A model generated the notes under the pieces. The model was not told the origin of the DNA and made no database searches. It was given only the letters and a program-made list of their open reading frames with translations. A stretch of DNA of 64,000 nt, taken from assembly GCA_028534125.1 (NCBI GenBank), contig CM052816.1:93436001-93500000 (forward strand). The letters are read 5' to 3'. How positions within the stretch are numbered: the stretch's first letter is position 1; every line of letters begins with the position of its first letter. The stretch comes from Lama glama (Eukaryota). Shown here piece after piece: positions 1 to 12,810 of the stretch. The translations under genes were made by a program, and so were the position numbers.

Positions 1-1709
1 TCAAGAATCCCACCAAATGGCAAAGGTTTTCTGTCCAAAGTAACTTATTTTTCAGACTAATGGAAAAAATAACACATTCTTATGAGTCTCGAAAGCAATA
101 ACTGTTTCATCAGTGTTTCAGGTTACTACACCAGAAATTAATATCAGTTGAGACTAAACATTCTAAAACATTTACATGCTGCAGAATGGAGAGTTGAAGG
201 AACAATGGCAGACTGCTTGGCGCACTTCCTCAGGCCCAGAATTATACCCTCCACTAGTAACCATACCATTTCCCAGAGAAGTTAAATGAGCTCCCAGAAC
301 TGAAATGCTCTACTAAAGGTGCAGATATTACAGTAGAAACATGGATCAAGGGATCAGGGGGATGTAGAGTACTGGGTGGATGGATGGGAGGTTCTTGAAA
401 ATATAGAGTATTCTGATTAATGCTTAACAGTGATACTACAAGATTAAATTACAGCGAGGTGTTGCTTAATATGGAAACTGAAGGAGTTTACCAGACTTCA
501 CCGCATCAGTCCCTTGGGGAAACAGTGAACACTTGATCTTCATCTCTAGGAACATGGCTACTTCCCCAGATATACAACAACCTAGGGAAGTTTTCTACTT
601 CTGTAAATTAGGAAAAATTATACTTGGATTGTTATTACTACTAAGTGTAATTTATGTGTAAAGCAATTCTTGGTTCATAACCAATAGCATTTCTTCCCAT
701 GAGAAAATATCTCCCACAAGTAATTCAAATCTCATTGAATATTTACTAGGTGTTAATAGCTGTAGAAATACATCTTTCATAACTTGACCTTGACACCTTA
801 TCTCTGAGAGGTTGGATGCTCCACGTGCAGCAACAGGATGTCACTGGGGACCAGAAATGCCCAGTACTTCTGCTGCCTTTATGTACTGCACACTGATTTT
901 TCTACACTATCTACATTTTCAGCTTTGGAACAGAACCTCAACTGCGTAATGTTTGTTTTTTCTTCCTCGTCTTGTATTTGAATAATTTGTACCCTTGAGG
1001 CAGTTTCTGCCACTCTGATTGCTCCGTAATTAAGGTTTGCTGTCATAGGTTGGACAATACATTTTTTTTTTTACCATATTCTGGTACAGCAACTACACTC
1101 CCATAGCAGCTAACTGAAATATAATAATTAACTGCTTAATTATTACTTGGACAAATGCTTCATAATTCTTTGAGAAAGGAGCCTAGTATTAGAATACTGC
1201 AGATACCAGAAAAATGAAGCAGTTACAAAAATCATACAGAAAGGCAAACATGTTTAAAATGTGCTAGGATTGAAAATTATGTTTTAATTAACTGCTGCTT
1301 CATATAACTTAATTTTCTTCATTTTCCTCCCCAGTTTGAAGGCATCAGCTCACCTTGACTTTTTATATTTCTGGTCAAATCCTTCTGTAATCAGAATAAT
1401 ATTTTAGTGTACCAAATCCTTCCACTCATGTAGAAAAACATGAAAATTCCCTGATTATTATTTCTAAGTTATTCTTAGAAAAGTTTCTCTTTTTTTCCTT
1501 CAAGTCCCTTGTTCACAACTCCTTCTATTCTTGCCAAGTCACACAACAAAAAGGGAAAAATAATTCCACCACATCAAGCCAATTTTTACCCTGTATATGA
1601 CCTATGGCTGGTTTTCTTTCTTATAACTTTCCTTTCTTTTTCCCATTATTTTCTTTTTTTCTCAGATAGAAATAATTTGTCCCACAAAGAACTTTTAAAA
1701 ATTATTGTT

Positions 1710-1816
1710 TTTAACTGACATATACTTGACATATAACATTGTGCAAATTTAAGGAGTAAGTTAATTGTATACTTTTATATATTGTAATGTGATTGCCACT
1801 ATAGTGATAATTAGTA
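1710..1816 (-). mobile_element. L1 3' end fragment (L1MA-like)
   Basis: tttttaactgacatatacttgacatataacattgtg...tattgtaatgtgattgccac resembles an antisense L1 3'UTR terminus; a similar fragment lies at ~9250-9330. Confidence 0.5.
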
Positions 1817-2134
1817 AATAAACTCTAGAGATCTGACATGCAAGAACCTTGGGCCCATTTAAACCAGAACTTAAGTCATTCAAACAGGTCTAAAAATCTC
1901 TGTTCTAAAAGGACCATTACTTTTTCTTCCTCCAAATCTAATTTGATAATTGTAAAAATTCATTTGAATAGAGTTTAATAAAAATAGTAATCCTCAAATT
2001 ATGTGAAGCTTTTTCTTCACAAGAAAACCCAAATTATCAATGTAAACAACATTTATCTCAGATGAAGAATGCAAATGAAGTCCTTGTTTGGCTTGGGGAA
2101 CATTTTATGGTGGGAGACGGATCACCCTGAGAAA

Positions 2135-2213
2135 GTATGACTGAACTATTGTGCTGTACCCAGAAATGGACACAACATTGTAAACTGACTATTTTTCTTA
2201 AATTAAAAAAAAA
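2135..2213 (+). mobile_element. 5'-truncated L1 3' tail (camelid/artiodactyl-type)
   Basis: gtatgactgaactattgtgctgtacccagaaatggacacaacattgtaaactgactat followed by an A-rich tail; possible TSD gagaaag at 2129-2135 and 2227-2233. Confidence 0.65.
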
Positions 2214-3711
2214 TTAGGCAAAAAGGGAGAAAGCCCTAGAAGGGAATTTCTTACTGTTTGAAACGTCAGACAGCAGACCTAAGTAATGTGAAACTCTACT
2301 TCCAATTTATTTTAATAAGTAGAATGATGAAAAATAAAAGTATAGCAAATGATTGTAAGTATTAGTTATGAATTCAGATCGAATAGGATGGGCTAGACAA
2401 AGTGGATAGGACATGTGAAGGGAGCTAAGGGAAGAGAGGCAGCAACAGATAAGGGCTAGATTCAGTTTTGAACAGACAAAACAGAATCTGGGATCCAATC
2501 ATCGGATGAGATACAGCTTATAAGTCATAATTATAACAGCAACAAACTGTTGAATATTATTGTGATGTCTTTTATTGTTTTTTTTTTCAGTGTAAATCAT
2601 TCTTCATACGCTCAAAAGTTACACAGTCTAGTTGGAGAAATATCTGCCACCCACAAAATACTTAGAAGGACCCTTGGTTAGGGTATTAAGACCCTCTGAC
2701 CGTCTGCATTCCTGCCTGTAAAATGGGGATGGCAGTAGCTCACTGTGCTTTGGGGGGGCGCTCACGATGGCTTTATGGCCCTGGATTCTTCTATGCTGTT
2801 TATTTGATAGTCAGTAGCTGATGTTAGAAGATCCTGTAAAACGCAGTTTTAATCATGAATTTCACACAGTTCTGTGCCTATACACAATAGGTACTCCGAA
2901 ATACTTGCCGATTGAAAAAACAAATTTCACCCATTTTTGGTATAAAATAACACATAGTAATGCTTTGTCTCAGTATTGTGATCTTTGCCCACTAGCATTA
3001 TCTACTATGCCCACTAGTGTTATCTTTATTTTTGAATGATAATTTAAAGATAACTTAATCAATGTGCTGACTGAATATATAAAGGCTCGTAGTTTGTAAG
3101 TACAACTTTGCACTGTTTATTTAGTACATATATATTTGTTTATTCTAATTTCAACTTTTACTTTTTACTAAATGACACAAATCCAGTCTTTACCAAGGAA
3201 AGGGCCATTTAAATAGGCATAAAAGGATCTGGTTTCCTAGCAACAAGAAACTCTCCCATCACATCCTTCTTTAATTCAGCTTACACATTTGCACATTTTT
3301 CTTCTTTTAAGTGAAAATGCAGTTTTAGAATAATGGATGCCAAAAATTGATAATAGCACAAATCAAAAAACCATTTACATAGGTAATATGGATGTTATTA
3401 CATTTTTTATTCCATGTTCTCAAATAGTTGGTTTGACTACTTAATGGTTAAATAGCACTAATCTCTATTTGCAGTAACATTGTGAATTAAAAAAAAAATT
3501 AAAGCCACATGTTTCTGGAATTTGGTTAATTAGCAAGATAGCATTAATCTTCTGATCAATAAAACAACTGTTATTACTGTTTAAAAACATAATAATTATC
3601 TGTGTTCATATAGATGTGTGTACAATATTTATATCACATTTAAAATATCTGTTAACATCGTTAGCATTTTAAAATGTCCTGTGTTATAGAACAAAACAAT
3701 CAGAGACTCAC

Positions 3712-3778
3712 TAGGTGATAGTGGGATTTTCTACTAACACAAAAACAATCTGGAACGCCTCTGTTTATGAAAGGCATC
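3712..3778 (-). other. candidate exon of unidentified minus-strand transcript
   Basis: Minus strand: ttttctttaacttttgatgtgttag|GATGCC...CACCTA|gtgagt; splice signals only. Confidence 0.2.
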
Positions 3779-5716
3779 CTAACACATCAAAAGTTAAAGA
3801 AAATCGGTCTATGCTCACTGAATATAATCTATACTAAGACTTAGTGCTTGGATAGACCCTTCCCTTGGGCAAGACATTTAAACACTAAAGTCGTGGTATG
3901 ATCCTTCCTGTGACATGTTTAATGGGGCACATAGACAATGACAGAATCTTAAAGAAGGTTTTCAGCAATGATCATCCTTCGCCCCTCATTGCCACAACTC
4001 TCTCTTTCTCTTAGCTTATCTTTGTTGCCAGGTCGAGGAGACCCAGATCCAGCAGGCTGGGTGAGAGAAAGAGCACACAGTATGACACTGTCACTTGTGT
4101 TAGTTTGCTGAGTTTATGAAGGGAAAGCAAGTTGTTCTGAAGAAGTCAGCTTATAAACACCCAATAATCAAAAGCGTGTATCTTAAGCAAGTGCATTTTC
4201 AAAATCTAAGGCTTCAGGAAATGGTCCTGAAGCAAGAAGCTCGCATCCCACTTAGATGGCTTGGGACCAGGAAAACAGAAGACACTCAGCCTCAGGACTT
4301 TTTTCCCTAGCCACAGTACTCTTTTTTTTTTTTTTTAAAAAAAAGAAATCCTGGAAACTAATATGAGAATCTACTATATATCCTTAGTGGTTTGTTGTGC
4401 TTGAATCTTCGTGGACAGAATGGTTTCAATTATCCTGAACCCATTACTTGTCACCTCACAGAGCCCTGGTGAGAGGACCTTTCTAGTTTTTTTACTGTCG
4501 ATCAATTGAATGGACACAGGAATAGCGCGTAACTAGGAATTGTCTCAGAATAGACATATCGTTAGGTAGCTCCTTGTCTACAATTAGTAACCAGGGTTTT
4601 TCTGTTGTTGTTTTTCAGGGTGTTATGACACAAGGTGTGCTACAAATAAACGCTGTGGTTTTTGAGAGATTGAGCTAGAATGTGTGAATGAACAAGCACA
4701 GTTAAGGCAGGAATCAGATGTAAATCACAAGTCAACGTGGAGCCTATTCTTTTTAGCTCCTCCGAATTCCATTTAAGCTGCATCAATAGCTTTCCAAGGA
4801 CTGTGTGACTGACCTTGGGCAGAGAAGTCAACTGGGTTGTTATGGATTAACCCAGAAAGATGAGTGTGTCCGTAGTTGACGATTTTACACAATTTACCTA
4901 GTCACATCACATGGTTGTATTCACCATTCTTACTAAAAGGATTATCTTACCTGCTAATGAGGCAGTCAAATCTTAAATTTTCTACAACAAATGTGAACAG
5001 AAATGTCTCAAGACTTCCTAAACCACATCTAAATGTGATAAGTCCATTGTGTACATAAAGCCACCTCCACATACATGTGCGACAGGGTTAACTTTATCTT
5101 AATTCTGATTTAAATGCATCTCTGTCCCAGATTCCTGGGAGATCAGGAATTCCTGGTGCCATATATTGAATACTGTTTTAAGACCCCATGTTTGGAGCAA
5201 TAGCTTGACAGAAAAATTCATGCAGACCCAACCTTAAAATTGAATTTTATACATAATATTTCCCTTTGTTTTCTGGAGTGTGTCATAGCTCTTACAGGTT
5301 GCATTTTAAACAACCTTTGTACTAATTCATTGCTTGTACTTGAAGATGTCTTAAGCCTTGATGAAGTCCCTCTGAAATGTCTGTGCCTCTGCCAGGCTTC
5401 AATAGACCCCTCTGAAGTAGTCTTCATAATTCTTCTGTTTCTACTGAGTTGTTGTTCATTTTTTCAAGTCACAGATCAAATGTCACATGTTCTTTGTGTC
5501 TTCCTTGATTTCATTAACTTGGTTATTCAATCATTTGTATTCCTTTAGCATTTACATTCTAGTGCTCTAGACTGAAGGATGTTTTAATTGCTTTATAACG
5601 GGATTTATAGGCATTACACGTCACACTTTTTATATGCTCCTTGGAGACAAGAACCATGCGTAACTCAGTTCTGGACACTAACATGTGTTTAGTGTTAGGT
5701 CAATTCATTTGGTGCA

Positions 5717-6079
5717 TGTTATAGGCTGAATTGTGTCTCTCAAAATTCCTATGTTGAAGCTCTAACCCCTAGAACCTTAGAAAGTGACTGATGAGATGAT
5801 GTCTTTAAAGAGGTAAGTAACGTTAATGAGATTCTTGGGGTGAGTCTTAACGTTCTTATAAGAAGAGGAGATTAGGACACAGATACAACACAGGAGGTAG
5901 ATCATGTGAAGACACAGGGAAAAGGTGACCATCTACAAGCCAAGGAGAGAGACCTCAAAACGAAACCAACCTTGCTGACACCTCAGCTTTGGACTTGAGA
6001 CAAGCGGGCTGTGAGAAAACAGATTTCTATTGTTTAAGCCATCCAGTACTTCGTTATGGAGACTTAGCAAATGAACGCA
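5717..6079 (+). mobile_element. MaLR solo LTR, MLT1B-like
   Basis: Starts tgttataggctgaattgtgtc, has the ttataagaagaggagattaggacacaga core and ends ...gaacgca; perfect 5-bp TSD GTGCA at 5712-5716 and 6080-6084. Confidence 0.9.
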
Positions 6080-6399
6080 GTGCACATTTATACCATTTCA
6101 TCACTTTTGGAATACCATCAGTTCTCTCTCAAAAGCATTCCATAATCATCTCCTTTGATTTCAATGTCTTTTGTTTGCGTGGATAATAAATTTCCTTATA
6201 AAACCTGCAGACTCCCTGAATCTGGCCCTAAGTCTCACCTTTCTGCCCATCATGTCAGCATCTTCCCAGTTAAAAATGGCCAGGCTGGCTATGCCTCCTT
6301 ATAAGGGTAGGCTATGTTTCAATAAGGCTCCATTTCAATCTCCTACTTTCCACGGCACAGAATATAAACCACTGTACCAGCTGGTAAAATAATGCTTAC

Positions 6400-6455
6400 C
6401 TTCAGTAAGTTCTTATCACAACTTTGAGTGTCCAATATCACCCTGGTCAGCTTGG
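6400..6455 (-). other. candidate 56-nt exon of unidentified minus-strand transcript
   Basis: Minus strand: cattttcctattag|CCAAGC...ACTGAAG|gtaagc, strong acceptor and near-consensus donor in unique sequence. Confidence 0.4.
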
Positions 6456-6904
6456 CTAATAGGAAAATGTGAGGTATATGTGCGTTTATGAATTTGCGTC
6501 TTTGTGTTTAAGAGGATGAGGACCTAACTTATGAAGTTTCACTGCCAACTGGTTGTAGGGGAAATTTTGCTACTAATGGTTTGCTGTTTATTTTTGGAAT
6601 TTTCCTCTTCCACTGTATTCTAATTTTTAATGCTTTTTCAAATTGCATCTTTGAGTGGTTAAATTCCTTCCTGCCCTAAGCATTTCATTACTATGGATAT
6701 CTTTTAAAAATATGTAACCTTGTTCTTAATGGTTAACAAACTTGTAAATGCAAACTTTGTGTCTCGTCCTAAGAAGCCTTGGGTGAGTTCTTCCTTCCGC
6801 CTGTCTTGGAATGCTCAAGGACACTGCCGTTTTCGGGAGCTGTGCTACAGTGCATTTCCAACTGTCTTCCTGCTATTAAACGTGCAGTACACAACAAGGA
6901 GTAC

Positions 6905-6950
6905 CTTTCTCCAGTGTGTTCTCCGAAAAGTAGCTTTGAACGTGGCACAT
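6905..6950 (-). other. candidate 46-nt exon of unidentified minus-strand transcript
   Basis: Minus strand: ctcattttgctttag|ATGTGC...GAGAAAG|gtactc; good acceptor, weaker donor. Confidence 0.3.
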
Positions 6951-7540
6951 CTAAAGCAAAATGAGTTTGGCAATTTTAACACAACATCTGTTCAGGGATT
7001 TTCCCCCACACCATGAGGGAAAAGAAAGAAATAAATGTATACTACATGGCACATTAAAAAAAATCAATGAAAGCTGTTGTGTGAAAAAAGGAATAAAAGG
7101 AAACCCAAGGCAGAAAAAAAAATACATGAAATTATATACTGCCCCAAAGACAAACTCACATCTTATTTATATTCTGACTGTGCAGTAGCTATGCGGGTGG
7201 CAACAGAAATACGGAGTGAATCACAGTACTTTCTTTGTGTTCCCCTGTCCTCGGTGAGCATCAGTTACCATTGGGCAAATGATTTTCTCCAAATGCATCT
7301 GAACAGTCGTATGTTTGCATTATTCTGCACTTTGTTTCAATGACCCAACTGTAGATAGAACACCTTGTGTGCCCACCGTGACATTCACTGAGGCAAATGC
7401 ACCTGTTAGGAGAACGTTTCTGCTTTTTACAAACATATGGAGAACACTGAGAATGTGTCCACATAAGGCACTTGGTTTTAAATTGAAATTGGGTCATTTG
7501 TCTTCAAATACTGTTCTCCTCAGTTTTTCATAGTCCTCAT

Positions 7541-7563
7541 ACACACACACACACACACACACA
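7541..7563. repeat. (AC)n microsatellite
   Basis: About 11 AC units seen directly. Confidence 0.95.
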
Positions 7564-7619
7564 AAGTGAAAAGGGAATGTGCTTTCCAAGCAAAACAAGC
7601 CCATGTGGATGATGGTTTT

Positions 7620-8010
7620 AGAGCGGAGTTATCTTGCCAGTGTCCTGGGGCACCGCATCTCTCTCCTAGCTCCTAGACTCACTTCAGGTTACTCAGGCTA
7701 AGCTATTCCTGAAACGTCCTGAGACAGCGTGACTGAGCGTGACTGAGCGTAACTGAGCGTGCCTTCGCACTTTGTAAGTCCTCGCCTCCTATCTTTCCCC
7801 TCTTCACTGCCCCACCCCCACTTGCTCTGAAGTTGGGGGGAGAACGTGAAGAGAGAAGCAAGAGAGATGGCATTAATGTCTCCTTTTTTTTTTTTTTTAA
7901 CAACCATCCATAGCAGAATAGAAGCAAATTGATGTGGCAGAGAGGGAGTGAATAGGTAGATGCTGGGTAGAGCACCCTCAGCGCGTACCCGACCAATTGC
8001 AGTACCCTCC
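7620..8010 (-). promoter_or_regulatory. putative promoter / first-exon region
   Basis: Locally GC- and CpG-enriched non-repeat sequence; CCAAT at 7993-7997; G-rich ggggtggggc on minus strand; minus-strand donor GAA|gtgagt (intron starts at 7682). Confidence 0.4.
7726..7761. repeat. 10-bp tandem repeat (gactgagcgt) containing ARE-like motifs
   Basis: agcgt gactgagcgt gactgagcgt aactgagcgt g seen directly. Confidence 0.9.
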
Positions 8011-8149
8011 AAGCTGCTTGGTTGTTCCCTCTTGCCTCTGTCCCTTCAATTTATCCACTTTTCTAAAAATTGTCTTCCTGAAACAGAGATCTCTTCACAT
8101 ACCTTTTTCGAATTAAGGTCTCTGATGTCTCCCCACTGCTGGGAGAGAA

Positions 8150-8345
8150 TGTGAGCTTTTAAGTCAGACTTAATCTTGAATCTAAATTCTGCTTATTTAT
8201 TGGTTGTGGTTAAACTTAAGAAAGCTGCGTTATGTCTCTGAGCCTTGGTTTTTTCCAACTGTAAAATGGGAAAATCATAATCTCCTCATGATTTCTGGGA
8301 ATTAAAAGAATACACATTAGGCACCTAACACAGGCAGGCTTGTGA
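8150..8345 (+). mobile_element. MIR SINE
   Basis: MIR core tctctgagccttggttttttccaactgtaaaatgggaaaatcataat with matching flanks. Confidence 0.8.
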
Positions 8346-9404
8346 ACAAGACATATATTATCAAGCCCTTCTAATTCCTCCTCACTTTGACCTGAGCTCT
8401 CTTCCTGCTCTCTAGTCACAACCTTCTTAGACCCATGTTCATTCTGTAGTAACAAACAAAATCATAACCTCCCAAAAGAGTTATTCTCGCTAGGAGGTTC
8501 ATTTTCCCTCACTCTCTGTTCTTTTTTTCAGTCTACCTACCCTCTCCGGTCCCTACGCCTCCCTCATCCACATGTTCAACTCCTGACCTCCATTTTTCAC
8601 TGAGAAAATAAGACACTTCATTAAGAAAAAATGTGAGAAATAATACTTCATTGAGTAAACAGAAGTTACATTAGAGTAGAACCCCTCTCCCCTTCTGCCA
8701 AAGCTACAAATGTAATTTCTCCTACACATACATTTTACATTTACCCTCCTATTTTGTGGAACAATTACCTCTGAGCTGTAGGAACATAAATTTCTCCACT
8801 TGCCCTCTTTGCCTTTCCAAAGACTGACCTCCACACTGGGCCCCAGCATCACAGTCTTTTCTGGTTCTTTCCCATTAATATGAAATATGCTCTACCATCT
8901 CCCATTAAAAGCAGATTTTTTGACCTCATAGACTCCTCTAGCCCTACATCTCTGTTGTGCGCCAGAGCAGATCTCTGGAAAGGAGTTAACTATGCTTACC
9001 ATTCTTCAGTCCTCACCTGTTATTGTTTCCTCCTCAATCTACGTCAGTTTGTTCTAAATCTTTATTAAATGCACATTACACATCCTTGATACCAAGGTGC
9101 AAGTCACTGTGTCTGTCCTCCAAGATCTCTCAGTTTAGTGATAAAGCAGATAGGACTATGTTACAGTAAGCAGTATTATATAACGTGCTGAAAGAAAATG
9201 CCTTTGAATGCATGCTCATTTTTAAACTTTACCAAAATTCTCACTTTTTAAAATTGAGATTGAATTGACATATAACATTGACTTGATGCATTTATATTGC
9301 AATATGATTGCCACTGGAGTATTAGCTAATTTAATGCTAATAATATGGTTATTTTATAATGTTATTATCATTTCTGGTGGTGGTAAAACTTAAATCCACT
9401 TTTA

Positions 9405-10180
9405 ATATATCTTTGGCTTCCAGTGAAATCATTCTTGCTCAGATCATCAAAAAACTCCATGCTGCTAAATCTAGTGGACACTTCTCTTTGTGTTACTTGA
9501 CTTTTCAGAAGCTTTTGACATGGCTTTTTGAAATATTCTCTTCTCTGCTCCTACGACACCACACTAACTTGAATATCAATTTGCCTAATTTGTGGTCCCT
9601 TCTCTTGCTCTTTTGTCTTGCTGTCCTGTCTTATCTGATCATGTCAATCTCTTTGCCACAGCATTCCACTCTATTCTTTTCTGTATATAGTGTCCTCATT
9701 TATTCTTGTGTCTTTACATGCCATATTACTTACGACTTCCAAATATGTATGTATCTTCTGTCCAAATCCAGCCCTTGATCTGTCTTATGTATCCAACTGT
9801 CCATCTAAAAATCTTCCCTTAAAAGCATAATGGGGATTTCCAACTTAATATTTCCAAAACAGAGCTCTTAGTTCCTACCATCCCTTCCACGATCCTTGTT
9901 CTTTCACTCACTCAAGTCAAAGTCATTATCATCTGCAACACTTAATCAAGGCAATAAACTAAGCACCATTATTGCTTCATTCCTCGTAGTCAGTGCTTCA
10001 CACCCAGTTCATCACTAAGTTCTATCATTTCTATCTTCAAAACAGACACAGACTTCGCTCCCATCTTTCCAGCTTCCCCACTGCCACGCTAGTCCTTGTC
10101 TCCATCATTTTGTTTCCTCATAAGTGATCTACCTGTGGCTACTCTTGTTCTTGCTCCTTCCATATAAACATTCCTAAAAC
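9405..10180 (+). mobile_element. L2 LINE fragment (further L2 pieces at ~8560-9050 and ~10450-10690)
   Basis: ctccatgctgctaaatctagtggacacttctc...acttgacttttcagaagcttttgaca and tgtatccaactgtccatc...aacttaatatttccaaaacagagctc match L2 3' region motifs. Confidence 0.75.
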
Positions 10181-10234
10181 CAGGGCCAATGAGATTTTTT
10201 TTCCCCATTACTTCCAAAAGTTTCCTTCCACCCT

Positions 10235-10410
10235 TTGTATTTTTTTTTTATTATTTTGTAACAAGAACACTTAACATAAGATCTTCTCTCTTAGCAACGT
10301 TTAAAATATATTATACAGTATTGTTAACAATGGGCCCTATGCTGTATAGCAGATCACTAGGACTTATTCATCTTGAATAACTGGAACTTTGACCCTTTGA
10401 CCAATACCTG
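10235..10410 (-). mobile_element. L1MA8/L1MA9-like 3' end
   Basis: agaacacttaacataagatc...tacagtattgttaac...atgctgtatagcagatcactaggacttattcatcttgaataactggaactttg. Confidence 0.8.
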
Positions 10411-10698
10411 TAATATTTTAAGATGTAATACTTAAAAAATATAAATTACATTGCAGAGCGTGATCTTTCCTTGCTTGAAAATATTCAATGATTCCCTTTT
10501 GTCTTCATAATAAAACCCACTTTCTGTGCATGGATTATAAGTCCCAATACAATCCACTTCTTGCTTCTTTCTCTAACTTTGTCTTATTCTGTGCCTCCCC
10601 TTCCTCCTTTGCTGGCTGCAGATACAGATCTCCTGGCCCCCTTTCAGTTCCTTATGCTTGCCAGCCTGATTCATCTCCCACAGTATTGGCTTTTGGTT

Positions 10699-11181
10699 TG
10701 TTGCTCAAAGAGGAATGTACTTCTCTGAGAGACAACTTTCCCGGGGTTTCTCATGCTTCTGCACATCTTGTAATCAGAAGTGCTGCCTATCTTCTTAAAG
10801 ACGTCTGTATAGCCTTGGAAAATGGAGGTACCGTCTCTCTCCACAGTAAAGAGCAGATTTGCTTACTTTCCAGTATGTTCCTCTTTGGCCAAGGTCGGGA
10901 AAGCTTCCTTGCAGTTCTTTATAAAATATTCACGTCCTGTGTCACCAACCTATTGTGTGTGCAGCATTCTCCTGTGCCTTTCTGCATTGCCTTGATGGGA
11001 TTCAGGGGACAGGAGAAGTGTACGTGAGCACGAAGCTCAGGTTGCTTGCAGTGCCATGACTGCGCTTTATCTCTGACCCAGGAGTCTCTATTCTTCCAGC
11101 AGTCTCAAGGAAACTGGTTACCTTGCAACTTGTTAGCATGCAAGTAAGGTAGACCTCAGACTCTGTTCATAGTTTTTGATA
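10699..11181 (+). mobile_element. ERVL-class solo LTR (family uncertain)
   Basis: 3' part tctctgacccaggagtctc...ttccagcag...aacttgttagcatgcaagtaaggta...catagtttttgata resembles an old ERVL LTR end. Confidence 0.6.
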
Positions 11182-12059
11182 GAAACAATTTTAAAAAATT
11201 ACAGAAACATTATTTGCTTTACTAAAATATTCACCTCAGGGCTCTCTCCAAGAACACATTTAGGTTAGATATTTTGTAACTTGCAATAGCTCCTCAGTGT
11301 TCTCCTTCTCCCTTCTCTCAAACCCCATATCCACTCTTTCCAGGAATGCATGTCAACCTATATATTCATCAAGGAAGGCAGTAACCTACTTTGCAAAAAT
11401 TGCTCTAGTCTACAAATAACTGTCAATGGAGTGAACAGGTTTTTCATAAACTTTTCTGTTGGTTTTGCACTGGTATCTGCGGGAGGCTCTGCACCATATC
11501 TTTTTATATTTAATATGATACCAAAATAATGTGCTCTATATTTAGTGGCATCTAAGTAGGTCTTTTTCTGTATACATGAAAACACACACATTTATACATT
11601 TCTGCTTTCAAAATTAATTGTTTTGAAGGCGTAAATGGCTGTTATGTGTTTTTTTAAAGCATGCTTTTAAAATTGTAATCTGAGTTGAATAATTTTGTCT
11701 TTCACAGGCAAATAAATTATGGCTTTCATTTCAGGGATTCAAAGGATACTTTTGAATATAGACATAACTAAGTAGGAAGCCTGGAACAACTGAACTTCAA
11801 TAAGTGTAACTCTTATTACTGACTATTCCATTGGAATTGATTGTGCACAAATATTTTCATATACATCGCTAATATTTTTCATGCCAGTGATAAAAGTTGA
11901 GTTCAGGACTGACAGAAGGACAACTTCTTTCTCATTCTCTCAAGTCTAGCTCAAAAGGTACCTCCTCCCTAAAACTCCCAATTCTCCTATAAGAATAAGT
12001 TACTGCTTTTTCATTTCTCTAGTATCCACTAGATTTATGTTTGCCTTTACTTAATAGAG

Positions 12060-12810
12060 TATACAGACAAATCTAAACAAGACAAAGTGGCTTAAGAATG
12101 AGAGAAGTTTCCTTCTTTCCACACTGATAGTGTGGTTGCTTTAACCACCAGAGACTCAGCATGCGGCTTCCTTCCTCAACGTTCCCTCATGGTACAAGAT
12201 GGCTTCTGGAACTCTGGTCATTACGTCCCTGTTCTAAGGATTTGGCTTTTTTTTTAAAGAGACTTTCCTGGACTTCTCTCAGAAACCTAGGTTATACTCC
12301 ATCTATCAGAGATTGGTCACATGATGTCTTAGCTTGGCTGCTATCACAAAAAGTGCCATAACCTGAGATTGTTGAACAAAAGACATTCATTCCTCAGAGT
12401 TCTGGAGGCTGAGAAGTTCAAGACCAAGGAGCTGGCAGATTTGGTGTCTGGTGAGAACTCTTTTGCTGGTTCACAGACAGCCATCTTCTCACTGTGTCTT
12501 CACAGGGTCTAAGGAGTGAGAGAGCTCTCTGGGGTCTCTTATTAGGGCACTAACGAATACTCAACTCTCATGACCTAATCACCTCCTTCAGGCCCCACTT
12601 CCTGATACCATCATATAGGGGGTTAGGACTTCAAAGTATGAATTTTACAGTGGACACAAACATTCAGCCTGTAATACATGGTTCCTGCATGAACAAAGGC
12701 GTCTGGGGAACAATTACTCTCGAGAGTTATGTATCCAGCTAAAAATTGATTCTGTTACTCAAGGAGGGAAAAATGGTAGCTGAGTAGGGAATTATCAAAC
12801 TCAACCACAT
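12060..12810 (-). mobile_element. old MaLR LTR (MLT1I/J/K-like), split by a younger MLT1A
   Basis: agtggcttaagaatgagagaagttt...ggtacaagatggct...attggtcacatg, resuming after 12676 with gg...aaaggcgtctgggga. Confidence 0.55.
12325..12676 (-). mobile_element. MaLR solo LTR, MLT1A/MLT1A0-like
   Basis: tgtcttagcttggctgctatcacaaaa...gttctggaggctgagaagttcaagaccaagg...ctcatgacctaatcacctcc...ggacacaaacattcag; near-TSD catga/catgg. Confidence 0.9.

Noticed and set aside
7726..7761. Short direct repeats as a CRISPR-like array
   Set aside because: Contiguous 10-bp units with no spacers, in mammalian DNA with no cas genes
9359..9778. 139-aa hydrophobic ORF
   Set aside because: Pyrimidine-rich L2 remnant; hydrophobicity follows from base composition
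10488..11027. 179-aa ORF, the longest gap-free ORF in the track
   Set aside because: Spans an L2 remnant and an LTR; no recognisable protein similarity
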